64,000 bases of DNA from a virus (taxonomy: Duplodnaviria; Caudoviricetes), in the IMG/VR virus record IMGVR_UViG_3300013830_000006, positions 1 through 64,000 of that record, one strand, 5' to 3'. The notes beneath the pieces were generated by a model. The model did not search any database, had not been told where the DNA came from, and saw only the letters and a program-made list of their open reading frames with translations. This document shows, piece by piece, positions 39,254-49,409 of the stretch. Numbering within the stretch: the stretch's first letter is position 1; the number at the start of each line of letters is the position of its first letter. Made by a program: the position numbers and the translations under genes.

Positions 39254-39383
39254 TACTATAATAGTGATATATATCTATGGAAAAAATGAAAAAAAAAATA
39301 ACCCACGCATTTAAATTGCTATGCGTGGGCTTACCTCTCATATGCTAAGCCGCCTGAGGGGGCGGGGGCATGGAGTTACCGAG

Positions 39384-39656
39384 TTATGCGCGGTCGATAG
39401 ATACCTCGCTGATGAAGTACTGGGGCTCACCGGAGCTCCAGTAGTCGCCGACATAGCGACGGGGAAGCCCGCCGATGAACCGCTCCAGCGCAGCGGTTCT
39501 GAGGACGCTGCGCTGTCCGTCCTCGCGCTCGACAAGCCAGCGGCCGCGGCCAAGCGAGAAGACGCGGTACTCGACGTCCGCAGGGACGTCGTAACTGACG
39601 CCCTCCTCGCAACGAGTGGAGACAACAACGTTGTTTGAACGATAGAACTTAGCCAT
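39384..39656 (-). CDS. Small GC-rich hypothetical protein (90 aa; start MAKFYRSN)
   Basis: GGAGG RBS; TATATATTAT at 39711; downstream hairpins. Confidence 0.6.
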   Translation of the reverse strand: MAKFYRSNNVVVSTRCEEGVSYDVPADVEYRVFSLGRGRWLVEREDGQRSVLRTAALERFIGGLPRRYVGDYWSSGEPQYFISEVSIDRA

Positions 39657-39800
39657 GATGGCCTCCAAAAAAAGCCCGCTAGGAAGGCGATATACACTAG
39701 CTTCACCTGAATAATATATAAGTGTTTTTCTTTGAATTACACAAAAATAAAAAGCACATCTGTATTTCAAGATGTGCTTACCAACTAATAACAATAGAGA

Positions 39801-40316
39801 CTATTTGTTTTCTTTCAAATATCTCTTAATGAGTTCAATGCGTGCTCCCTCGTCTGTCTTAAACAGGAAGTCTCCGCACCAATAAAAGACTCTCAGGAAA
39901 CTCAACAGATCTCTACCCATACCGCATTTGCAGACATATCTGTCTGCTCTTGCTTCTGACAGTACAGGCATCCATCTGCGATGCTTCTCAACGCCAGCAC
40001 CCTTATCATCCCATTCGATCTGCTTAAAATCATTGTGAATGATGTGGCACTTCTCATGGAGTAAAACAGCTTCAATACGACGCTTCCACTTTTTGGAAAC
40101 AGTGTACATACGATACAGCCAAGGTGCAATAAATACATACACCTTGTCTCCTGCCTGATTGTTAGCCGAGCATACAGGCATTTTAGATCCTGGAAGAATC
40201 ATGCTGTACACAGTAACGTTGTCGAGACCAATGAACTTAGTAAGTTCATCAGCCTCATCAGTTGCATGAATGATCTCAAAGAGATCAAGAGTAAAGTCAA
40301 ACGGTGCTTTATCCAT
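39801..40316 (-). CDS. HExxH metallopeptidase-like protein (start MDKAPF)
   Basis: LHEKCH and SEARADRY; AGGAG RBS; motif at 40384. Confidence 0.65.
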   Translation of the reverse strand: MDKAPFDFTLDLFEIIHATDEADELTKFIGLDNVTVYSMILPGSKMPVCSANNQAGDKVYVFIAPWLYRMYTVSKKWKRRIEAVLLHEKCHIIHNDFKQIEWDDKGAGVEKHRRWMPVLSEARADRYVCKCGMGRDLLSFLRVFYWCGDFLFKTDEGARIELIKRYLKENK

Positions 40317-40437
40317 AATACTACTCCTTATGGAAATTAAATAAATGAAGATATAATACTGCATATCTTCTCCTATCACGAAAATAATATATATGCGTGT
40401 TCTCTCTGATATTTCTATCAGAGAGAACATAACGATG

Positions 40438-42552
40438 TTATCCAAGTATACTACAAATCTTATTTACAAATCCTTTGATATTATCAAATACATCTTCGTT
40501 ATTATCAATAGCTCTGTTAAATTTCTTATCTATCTCTTTGGATACTTCTCTGTGTTTTTCGCTATCTTCTACTTTAATACCAGATACTATTTCATCGAAT
40601 TGCTCTTTACTCCATTGTACGATATCTTCGAGATGAGTTGAAAGATTAGGTACACCATCAGTATCAAGCATGACTGAAATAATATTGACTACTGAAGCAT
40701 CCTGTCCTATTCGCCATACTCGGTCTTCTGCCTGTGATACCATAGCCTGTCTCCAGGGTTTACCAACGAATATAACTGTGTTAGCTTCAATGATGGTATG
40801 CCCTGCTCCCATAACCTGTACCGAGCAGACCAATGGATTAAGAGTTTTATCCTTTTTAAACTTATCCAATATCATCTTGGCATCTCTGGAATTAGAACCA
40901 TTGATAAGAACCGGATTAAGATTCCAGGATTTGCATTTAGCCATAGCTATATCGAGTACATCATTTTGAGTCGAGAAGATAATAGTCTTCTTTTCAGCTT
41001 CAACTATAATCTGATGTACTTCTTCTCCTATCAGGTTAGAATACATTTCAGCACGTAACCCACTAAGTACAGTGCCTAATGTTTCACCCATACATTTAAG
41101 TAAATAGTATCTATAGACGCTCTTACTTTCTCTGAAAGGTCTACGTAAATGTACTGGAAGATTTGGTATGATAACATCATTTTCATATTTGTTAACTGAA
41201 ATTATCATCTCACCAGTACGTCCGCCCATTACGGCTAACATAGAAGTAATGTTCTTGGATTTAATTTTCTCTACATCATTTCTATATCGTTCATAACGAT
41301 TTTTATCTGTCTTAGAAACTAATGTCTTTTCAAATTCTTTAAGGCAATCTTTATATTGCTTTTCATACTTATCAAAATTCTTTTGATAGTAATCTACTCT
41401 TTGCTTGAAATAGTTTACACAGGCTAATTTAACTTCATCGTTAGTATACTTTTTACCTTCAGGTATTTTAATCATAATGTCTTTATGAACTTTCTCTGGA
41501 AGTTCTGGCATGATCTCAGATGCTTCTTTACGATAAGTTACTGTACCTAAGCGGTGATGCACTAACTCATTCATGACATTAGGAAAACGGCCTAATGATT
41601 TTAAAATATCTTCTACAACAGGTGTATAAAAATCATCTAATAAACTAAAAATAGGCATAGCCTCAAGAGTAGTAGCAAATACTGGAGTACCACTCATTAA
41701 CAGAATATCATTGCATTTGAATAATGAAGTAAATTTAATCAGTTCCTGAGTACGCTTGGATTTAATGTCTTTATAGTTATGACATTCATCTACTATAATG
41801 ATAGTGTCTTCAGGCTTAAATTTACTTATAATGATTTCTTCCAATTTAGCTACACTTTCATAGTTAGTTATAACTACATCAGTATCTGCTTTAATCTTGG
41901 AATAATCATCTTTAGCACCTACTACTTTTTTCTTTTTGACAAAAGTATTTTCTATCTCCTGAGGCCAGGAATTTAATGCTACTGATAATGGCGCTATGAT
42001 AAGAATATGTTTCTTCTTAAGACAACCAGCTAAACTTAACGATGTAAAACTCTTACCCGCTCCTTGTGGCAATGCGAGGAGATATCCTTTTAAATGATAC
42101 TGAGTTTTCTTTTGGCAATACACATTCTGAATAAAATCTAACTGATAAGGTCTTGGATTACGTTTGATTTCTTTGCCAAATATTTTAACATCGCAAATTG
42201 TTGGTACAATATCTTTGGTAGATGCATACCAGGTATTAGCATATAATCCGTCTAATACCTGATTATATTGTTTAGCTGAAATATAATAATTACGTACACA
42301 CTGATTTAAAATAAACACTATTTCAGGTATAAAGAATTGCGGTATATTAATTGTACCAAACATAGACATAGCAAAAAATCTATTAGCGAATCCAGGTGAC
42401 TGATACAAATCCTTGAACATGTTAATAAGACGATTAACATTAATTCCTTTAATACTTACAATATCTTTCTTAGAGTCATATGTTACTCCAACCACTCCTA
42501 AGGCTGACCATAAGCTTTCTACATATGGATTGCCCAATACTGATTCAGTCAT
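40438..42552 (-). CDS. SNF2-like SF2 helicase
   Basis: QGAGKS, DECH, SGTP, GHTI, QAEDRVWRIGQ. Confidence 0.88.
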   Translation of the reverse strand: MTESVLGNPYVESLWSALGVVGVTYDSKKDIVSIKGINVNRLINMFKDLYQSPGFANRFFAMSMFGTINIPQFFIPEIVFILNQCVRNYYISAKQYNQVLDGLYANTWYASTKDIVPTICDVKIFGKEIKRNPRPYQLDFIQNVYCQKKTQYHLKGYLLALPQGAGKSFTSLSLAGCLKKKHILIIAPLSVALNSWPQEIENTFVKKKKVVGAKDDYSKIKADTDVVITNYESVAKLEEIIISKFKPEDTIIIVDECHNYKDIKSKRTQELIKFTSLFKCNDILLMSGTPVFATTLEAMPIFSLLDDFYTPVVEDILKSLGRFPNVMNELVHHRLGTVTYRKEASEIMPELPEKVHKDIMIKIPEGKKYTNDEVKLACVNYFKQRVDYYQKNFDKYEKQYKDCLKEFEKTLVSKTDKNRYERYRNDVEKIKSKNITSMLAVMGGRTGEMIISVNKYENDVIIPNLPVHLRRPFRESKSVYRYYLLKCMGETLGTVLSGLRAEMYSNLIGEEVHQIIVEAEKKTIIFSTQNDVLDIAMAKCKSWNLNPVLINGSNSRDAKMILDKFKKDKTLNPLVCSVQVMGAGHTIIEANTVIFVGKPWRQAMVSQAEDRVWRIGQDASVVNIISVMLDTDGVPNLSTHLEDIVQWSKEQFDEIVSGIKVEDSEKHREVSKEIDKKFNRAIDNNEDVFDNIKGFVNKICSILG

Positions 42553-42659
42553 CTTTGATTTCCTACAAAAAATAAGGTATCTATAGCATGTTAAATAAAA
42601 GGCCTCTGCATATTCTGCAGAAGCCTCCACTTCAATAATAGTTAAATTAATGATTTAAC

Positions 42660-43004
42660 TTATTCTCCAGGAAAAGGACCACCGCTAAATACGTGGTTCT
42701 TCCCAGCAGGATCGGTAATCACAATCTCACGATTATCATACGCACTGGCAACAGTGTACTCTCCCTCAGTAAGACGTGACATAATCCGTGCACAACGCTT
42801 AAGATACTTAAGCCACATATTACTTTCACGCCATTTCTGACGACATCCAACAAAAGCGCTAAGACTGGCGTCAAAGTCTTTAAGACCACCAAAATCAAGA
42901 TAATGCATGTATCCAGTATCTGCCGAATCTGCGGCATTGACAGAACGCATAGCAGACTGCCACATAGCCTCTTTAATCAGCGGTACCCACTTAGAATGTC
43001 TCAT
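42660..43004 (-). CDS. Hypothetical protein
   Basis: 114-aa ORF with GGAGG RBS. Confidence 0.55.
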   Translation of the reverse strand: MRHSKWVPLIKEAMWQSAMRSVNAADSADTGYMHYLDFGGLKDFDASLSAFVGCRQKWRESNMWLKYLKRCARIMSRLTEGEYTVASAYDNREIVITDPAGKNHVFSGGPFPGE

Positions 43005-43016
43005 TATTGGTTCCTC

Positions 43017-43352
43017 CTATTTGACTTTGGGTTTTCTATATTCTCCGGATGCGTTAGCTATGATCCTATCCATCGCATCCTTAAACTCAGGATCATATTT
43101 GCATAATGTATGATACACTAAGTCTGAACACGAAGAAGGTATTTCTCGTATCTTCTTATTTATGAATCGTTCCCTAGCAATTTTTATAGCTCTTCTTGCA
43201 TCCTCCTTATCTCTAGGTGGTTTGATAAATGCATACGATTGACCATCAAATACGCATTTCCCACGACCATATACTTCCAGAAAGTAATACGTAGCAAATA
43301 TTGTTGCTACAATTGCTACCAGCATAACTAATATGCATGCTAAAATGCTCAT
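43017..43352 (-). CDS. Small membrane-anchored protein
   Basis: N-terminal hydrophobic helix; GAGG RBS. Confidence 0.6.
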   Translation of the reverse strand: MSILACILVMLVAIVATIFATYYFLEVYGRGKCVFDGQSYAFIKPPRDKEDARRAIKIARERFINKKIREIPSSCSDLVYHTLCKYDPEFKDAMDRIIANASGEYRKPKVK

Positions 43353-43402
43353 GATTACCTCATAATAAAGAGACGCTACATATTGCGGTAGCGTCTCCCG
43401 TA

Positions 43403-43424
43403 TTTACTGCTCAGATTTAAATCC
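43403..43424. repeat. 22-bp direct repeat, second copy at 44841-44862
   Basis: TTTACTGCTCAGATTTAAATCC is identical at both sites; the 44841 copy is the end of the gp74-like gene. Confidence 0.9.
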
Positions 43425-43438
43425 ACATTTTCAATACG

Positions 43439-44779
43439 TTAAATACAACCATTATTATTGTTATTGTACCAGGTTACGTATGCATTACGATGCGTATCAA
43501 AAATATGATACATTGCATCGTTCATTAGTCTACCTAATTCCATTGATACAAGAAGTACATCCGTTTCATACATCTTGGATGAACATGTCTTCTCAATCTT
43601 TCGAATTAAGTTATACCGTTCATCAGGTGTCATCTGAGTTTCAAAACTCAAAGCTTTATCAAACTGCTTTAGTGCACGTGCTCGCAGATAATCGATATTA
43701 GCAGTATCAATAAATTCATCGAGAGGTTTACATCTGCCTCTAAAGAATGCACCGCCAAAAGACAAATATCCTGAATTGCAACCACCAGGAAGCACACAGG
43801 ATGCACCGCATTTATCGAGCATATCATTTAACGTATCTACATAATTGTTACCATTTGCTACATCAAAACTCAGTTTGTCAATACCAACTAATCCGGCACG
43901 ATTAGGAGTAACATCTAACGCAACTATCGGATTAAGAAGATACTCGGCAATAAATTTGCGAACATCATCATCGGTATCGCAATATTCTCTAGCTTCTGAA
44001 GTTACTAAATTCTTTAAAGAATATGCTTTATCTATAATCCAAGGAGTATACCAATTACCCATAGTAACAAACCATCTGATCGCTGCTGCGATGTAGAAGA
44101 TAAGTGCACTGAGCGATGGATACAATGCAGTAATCTCAGAAATATGAATAACCGGAATAAACCGCAATACAGGATTTGCTACTGGAACAAAATCAGTATA
44201 AGCACCAATCAATACAACAGGAATATCTGCTTCTTTACCGTGATCATCTTTACTCTTATCATAAAGAACCAGAGTAGAATCATGCCTAAGAGCTAACTTA
44301 TGAGGATTGTATGTATCATACAGTCTTTCATAAGTATCGTGGTCCCCGTTAAATATCAGATTCATACTGTTGATGTTGTATCTAACATGGTCAGGTTCAT
44401 TGACTACTCTGAAAAGTGCAGCCAGATATCTGGCCATTGCTTCATACTTAGAAAAATCTTCCGGAAAGATTCTAATAGCTTTTATCAAAGTACCAATCTT
44501 AACAGGAGAATCTTCTTTGGTTAATTTGTTCGCAACGTTATCGGCAAAACCAGCATTGTCAATATCATCCATGCAAACCAGTACAACAGAATGATTGTTC
44601 TCATCACTGACAATAATGTCATCATCAGTAAATGAAATTGAATGTATGGTTGTTACAGTAAGCTTATCGTTGAATCTGTGAAGATTACCGGTAAGATTAG
44701 CAACATAAGTCGGAAAATTCGGATCATAGCTTACCTCATTATCAGCTATGATAAGCTCAGAAAAGCTTTTAACATTCAT
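43439..44779 (-). CDS. Hypothetical protein between the 22-bp direct repeats
   Basis: 446-aa ORF with AGGAG RBS. Confidence 0.65.
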   Translation of the reverse strand: MNVKSFSELIIADNEVSYDPNFPTYVANLTGNLHRFNDKLTVTTIHSISFTDDDIIVSDENNHSVVLVCMDDIDNAGFADNVANKLTKEDSPVKIGTLIKAIRIFPEDFSKYEAMARYLAALFRVVNEPDHVRYNINSMNLIFNGDHDTYERLYDTYNPHKLALRHDSTLVLYDKSKDDHGKEADIPVVLIGAYTDFVPVANPVLRFIPVIHISEITALYPSLSALIFYIAAAIRWFVTMGNWYTPWIIDKAYSLKNLVTSEAREYCDTDDDVRKFIAEYLLNPIVALDVTPNRAGLVGIDKLSFDVANGNNYVDTLNDMLDKCGASCVLPGGCNSGYLSFGGAFFRGRCKPLDEFIDTANIDYLRARALKQFDKALSFETQMTPDERYNLIRKIEKTCSSKMYETDVLLVSMELGRLMNDAMYHIFDTHRNAYVTWYNNNNNGCI

Positions 44780-44841
44780 GATTTAGTCTCCTAGAAAAGG
44801 TACTATAATTTCATATAGTACCCTGATTAAATTAATATAGT

Positions 44842-46824
44842 TTACTGCTCAGATTTAAATCCTACAAATACATCAAAAGGTGATCTCTGCTTTGGACTGG
44901 TATAAGTATTGGGATCTCTGATGTAACTTGTAAGGTTCTCAAATGCCAGTTTGGTTCCTACATGTCTGTGATTCAGAATCTCGTTCATGGTTCCAAATTC
45001 AACATGATTAGGATCTTCGACCATAGGTATCTGATACTGATCATTTGCCCTGCTTGTAATTTCATACGCTTTAAGCAATGTCTCGAGATGCACAATATTC
45101 ACACTGCACTTACTGTACACTATATCGGAAAATGCCTTAAGCGCTTCAGTACAAGTCTTCATGTTGCGAATACTTTTCTTTGACTTTTTATCCTCCTTAT
45201 CTCCACCTCCTAAGAACGATGATACTGATGATACATAATCAATCATGTTATCGTTGACAACAATGGTCTTAAGAATAGGGATATCTTTAGTACCGATAAT
45301 AGGTATCCAGATAATTCCATTCTTGGTTTCGATATCATCCATGTGATCACGAATGTAAATAAGTAACTCTTTACTTAAGAACGGAGTCTGCTTATTCTGC
45401 ACCAGATCATATTTACCTTTGACTGTATTGCCTTCTCTAAGGAATACTGAACTAAGACAAGACATCTCCTGTTCAGATATATCCTGTCCATCTCTAATAA
45501 GTCTGACATCGCCAAGACCAGAAAAATCCTGAGCTAATATTCCAAAATACCAAGGCTTGATACGTTTGAATACATCTGGTTTCCAATGATATTCAACAGT
45601 ATCGATACAATCAAAATACTGTAGTAACTCAGGGTTCATATTGTATAAAATTGAAAGTGTCTTAATCAGATGCTTAGCTGACAAGATCTTCTGAGTTACC
45701 GGTTCAACAGTAGTTATTGCTGATAATATACCGATAAGTATCTTACGGTTGATATTTGCTAATACCGAGCCTCCGCAAACTTCGCATACTCCATTTCTGA
45801 ATCTGCAAGTCATAGGACTGCGCATTTCAACATTCTTGTTCAGATAGTTGACGATATTCTTTTCAGTCAGTAATACTAACTTACCATTATCAACAATGAA
45901 CTTACCGATAAAGTTCCTATAATTTCCTTCAACTCCTCTTTTCTTATCATCCCCTGTTATCAGGAAAGTTACATACGCAGTAGAACCACAATCTCCTTTA
46001 TACAAATGCGCTACACTTGATGAAAGAAGATGCTGTTTTCTGCCGAAATACTGAGAGCTCCTTACTGCGTTTCTATTGTAGAACGCCGACTTCTTAGCCG
46101 ACAATGCCTCAATAGCAAATTCCTGAATATCTCTGGTTCCATCAATCGCACTTCCTATTACCGGTTTGCGAATAATAGAATCATCAACATCGGTACGTAC
46201 GCCGAACGCATATACAGTTTGCGGTACCTGGAATTTGTTCAGCTGTCCAATTAACTGATAAGGCAGTAATGCTTCATTCTTCAATGCGCCAGGAGTACCC
46301 ATGATATTCATGATTTTCTTGCGTTCATCTTCAATGAAGTCTTCTACTTTATCAGTAGGCCAGGAATCAGTTATCGCATATTTGGTATCTAACTCTTTCT
46401 TCATAACCGGATCAGTAGCTATTTCAGCCATGTCGATTATATCGATAGTACCTACATACGAAAGCAGATTATTGAAACACATGTTGTACAACTTCTGATA
46501 CGAATTCATAATGATGTGCTTCAATCTCTTGGCGTAGTTAAAGTTGATTCCCATAATCTCGGTATAATACCGATCAAGAACCTTTACCAGCATTCCTTTA
46601 TTAAGAGGGACTCGCTTGATAAAATGATCTTTCCTGATAGGAATATCAAACTCTGTCAGAATAGGAAAGCAAAATAAGTTGAAGAACGCCTGACGCTTTC
46701 CAACTTTAATCTTACCATCCGAAAGTTCCAAGATAACCTTACCAGTTAATGCATCCGGATCTTTGGCAAGGCTATCAAGGAAGTTCGGATCAAGTATTTG
46801 TTGCATGGTCCAAACTTCGTCCAT
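44842..46824 (-). CDS. Non-virion RNAP beta-prime-like subunit, C-terminal part (phiKZ gp74-like)
   Basis: SQYFGRK, DCGS, RSPMTC..GVCEVCGG zinc site, TQKILSAKH. Confidence 0.85.
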   Translation of the reverse strand: MDEVWTMQQILDPNFLDSLAKDPDALTGKVILELSDGKIKVGKRQAFFNLFCFPILTEFDIPIRKDHFIKRVPLNKGMLVKVLDRYYTEIMGINFNYAKRLKHIIMNSYQKLYNMCFNNLLSYVGTIDIIDMAEIATDPVMKKELDTKYAITDSWPTDKVEDFIEDERKKIMNIMGTPGALKNEALLPYQLIGQLNKFQVPQTVYAFGVRTDVDDSIIRKPVIGSAIDGTRDIQEFAIEALSAKKSAFYNRNAVRSSQYFGRKQHLLSSSVAHLYKGDCGSTAYVTFLITGDDKKRGVEGNYRNFIGKFIVDNGKLVLLTEKNIVNYLNKNVEMRSPMTCRFRNGVCEVCGGSVLANINRKILIGILSAITTVEPVTQKILSAKHLIKTLSILYNMNPELLQYFDCIDTVEYHWKPDVFKRIKPWYFGILAQDFSGLGDVRLIRDGQDISEQEMSCLSSVFLREGNTVKGKYDLVQNKQTPFLSKELLIYIRDHMDDIETKNGIIWIPIIGTKDIPILKTIVVNDNMIDYVSSVSSFLGGGDKEDKKSKKSIRNMKTCTEALKAFSDIVYSKCSVNIVHLETLLKAYEITSRANDQYQIPMVEDPNHVEFGTMNEILNHRHVGTKLAFENLTSYIRDPNTYTSPKQRSPFDVFVGFKSEQ

Positions 46825-46826
46825 TT

Positions 46827-48941
46827 TTACTCCTCATCTTCTGGACTAACATCAACACCAAACGTACTGAAGATATGTTTGGCAACTCCGACGATACCAT
46901 TACTCTTAATCATCTCATCAACAGTCATGTTGTCAATTCTCTTAAGAGTACCTGGTTTATCATCATTGAGCAAATGCCCAGCTAAATCATTCACAGCTTC
47001 AGGACTATTCGCATATTCGCAAAGTATCTTAGCTGCCGTATTAGCTCCTGCTACCATAACCAAATTCCTAACTTCATCTTCACCTAATCTGAATGGTGTC
47101 TGATTAATCGGATATTGTTCCATGGCAGTCTTACTACCCTTCACCGGCGTACGATACTGATTGACGTGAGAAATACCTGAGCCATGAGCATGAGGCATTT
47201 TATACAGCATCATCCAGTATTCATACCCAATCATTACCGGCTTTTTGGTCGTTACCCATTTTACTTCTCCGTTCTCATCATACACTCCAAAGGTAACATT
47301 AGATTTATAGATGTTATATTTCTTGATAAGTTCCATCACTTTATTCTGATCAATACCTTTCTGGAATGGTACTATATTCAGATAAATACCATCGTTAAGA
47401 CAATCGTCAATAAACTCTCGTTGCTTCTCTGGAGTATCAGTCATATGCCTGATCTTATTACCATAATTCTCATTAACATCAGTACAATAAGAAACGATCA
47501 GATCATAAGCTTGCTGATAATCATGCGTAGTTGCAATGATATCCTTAACTCTCTGGATGATTAATTCTGATCCTCTATTGAAGAACTGTTCATACCACTG
47601 AGCAGGATTCATTCGGTTGAATACTGAAATAGGGTCAACAACTATATCGGCTCTCAGACCGTTTTCATCAACCGGCATCATCTCATCAGGCATAACTATA
47701 GAAACCACTCCCTTATTTCCATAGCGTCCTGCAAGCTTATAACCGCACTGCAACTCCCTATCGTACATATAAGTTATGGTCAGACTTATATACTCAACTA
47801 CTTCCTTTTTAATTCTCGGCTTTACCTTTCTCCTACCTCCACCAGGAACATCTTCCAGAGGCTGATTATCAACTCTCAACCGATTATACGCTGCAGCTAT
47901 CAAACCATTAAAATCAAACGTTAATGCCTTAGCACCAAAATGATGTTTAATGTCCTGATAAGTGTCATATATCTGTCTATAATACTTATCAAGCTGATCT
48001 CTGTACTTTTCGCACTGCGCGAATATAGCCTGAGACTGATAAACTGCTGAGTTAATAACTACATCAACATCTACTATCTTAGCTCCTCTTGGCGCATAAT
48101 ACACTGCGTCATGCAAAGGCTGAACTATAGATAAGTTTTCAGCTGCCGTATCATAAATAAACGATTCAGCAGTAGGTCTTCTTAATGCACAGATGATACC
48201 ATCGTCATTAACATATTCTCCTACATCAGGGAAGAATTTATATTCACCTTCTTCATTTCCATACAGATTAACTGGAATCTGATCAATTTTGATATTGATA
48301 GTTACCTGTTCAATACCAGTTGTCCTGCATTTATTCGCTGCTGTCCTTGAGATGAGAAAAGCATCTTCTGTCACATGCGGAAGTGACATATATGCTACTC
48401 TCAGATTAGTTCCGTAACAATACTTATTACCTTTATGACAAGGTGATGTTACCAATTTTTCTTCTTTGGGAATAAATGTATTCTGATCGATATTACTATA
48501 GTTGATCTTTACATTAGGATACCCATATCCATCAGATCTGGCAGTAAAGTTATTTATATTGAAATAACCAAACTTCACTTCGTTATTAGCATCTACGGTC
48601 TGATAAATTACTGTTGTCGTCGGATAATAGGTTAGAGGGTTAACACCATTATCGACATTGAACTTCAGAATGTTTCGTACAATAGTAACATCGGTATCTC
48701 TGTCAGTTGTAGATACCTCATACGAACCAATTTGTTTCTCATATCCAGTAAAGACATAAGGAAACTCACATCCTTTCAGTACCTGCCACTGAGAGATGTG
48801 ATCGGAAAACATCTTGCCTCTCTGTGCTGATACATGATCAGGCATAGGATTGAGCAGCGTAGTTACACCTAACAGTCTTGGATCTGCCTTAACATTATTA
48901 AGATAAGACGACAAACTGCTGGCTGCTGATAATGTTGCCAT
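46827..48941 (-). CDS. Non-virion RNAP beta-like subunit, C-terminal part (phiKZ gp71/73-like), uninterrupted
   Basis: SAQRGKM, EDAFLIS, GYKLAGRYGNKGVVS, NRMNPAQ, RLGEDE. Confidence 0.9.
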   Translation of the reverse strand: MATLSAASSLSSYLNNVKADPRLLGVTTLLNPMPDHVSAQRGKMFSDHISQWQVLKGCEFPYVFTGYEKQIGSYEVSTTDRDTDVTIVRNILKFNVDNGVNPLTYYPTTTVIYQTVDANNEVKFGYFNINNFTARSDGYGYPNVKINYSNIDQNTFIPKEEKLVTSPCHKGNKYCYGTNLRVAYMSLPHVTEDAFLISRTAANKCRTTGIEQVTINIKIDQIPVNLYGNEEGEYKFFPDVGEYVNDDGIICALRRPTAESFIYDTAAENLSIVQPLHDAVYYAPRGAKIVDVDVVINSAVYQSQAIFAQCEKYRDQLDKYYRQIYDTYQDIKHHFGAKALTFDFNGLIAAAYNRLRVDNQPLEDVPGGGRRKVKPRIKKEVVEYISLTITYMYDRELQCGYKLAGRYGNKGVVSIVMPDEMMPVDENGLRADIVVDPISVFNRMNPAQWYEQFFNRGSELIIQRVKDIIATTHDYQQAYDLIVSYCTDVNENYGNKIRHMTDTPEKQREFIDDCLNDGIYLNIVPFQKGIDQNKVMELIKKYNIYKSNVTFGVYDENGEVKWVTTKKPVMIGYEYWMMLYKMPHAHGSGISHVNQYRTPVKGSKTAMEQYPINQTPFRLGEDEVRNLVMVAGANTAAKILCEYANSPEAVNDLAGHLLNDDKPGTLKRIDNMTVDEMIKSNGIVGVAKHIFSTFGVDVSPEDEE

Positions 48942-49028
48942 AGTTTGAGAACACCTCCTATTAAAGTACGCATATAAGTAATATATACTTATATGTTAAA
49001 TGAGTTATTAAGTTAAGGAAGAAAATAA

Positions 49029-49409
49029 ATGAGTGAATTACTTATAAGCAATTCTGATTCAAATACAGGTTATGGTTCGCATGTAGCGTATAAATTAAAT
49101 CAGGAGATACTGAACGATAGTACTGAATCGTGGATTCAGTATCTCAGAGATCACAGATCTTTAATCAAAGAGCATTCTGACCATATTGACATTGATGGCG
49201 AAACTATTCATAAATTCAAATACCGTATTCGCAAATATCTTTATAACATCAACATGTCATACGAAGAGTTAGAATTAGCTTTCAGAATAGTAAACAGATT
49301 AAACAACGATCGTGATTTTAATGAAGAAATAACAGAAGTGTATTTACCACGTTACAACTATATAGTTGAATTAAGAAAAATGTATGTTACTGTGCAGAGC
49401 CAGATTTAA
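49029..49409 (+). CDS. Small hypothetical protein, possibly virion-associated
   Basis: AAGGA RBS; + strand like other structural genes in the window. Confidence 0.5.
   Translation: MSELLISNSDSNTGYGSHVAYKLNQEILNDSTESWIQYLRDHRSLIKEHSDHIDIDGETIHKFKYRIRKYLYNINMSYEELELAFRIVNRLNNDRDFNEEITEVYLPRYNYIVELRKMYVTVQSQI

Noticed and set aside
39321-39706. Multiple overlapping ORFs as an overlapping-gene system
   Set aside because: Expected from high GC; only the frame starting at 39656 has a good RBS and upstream motif.
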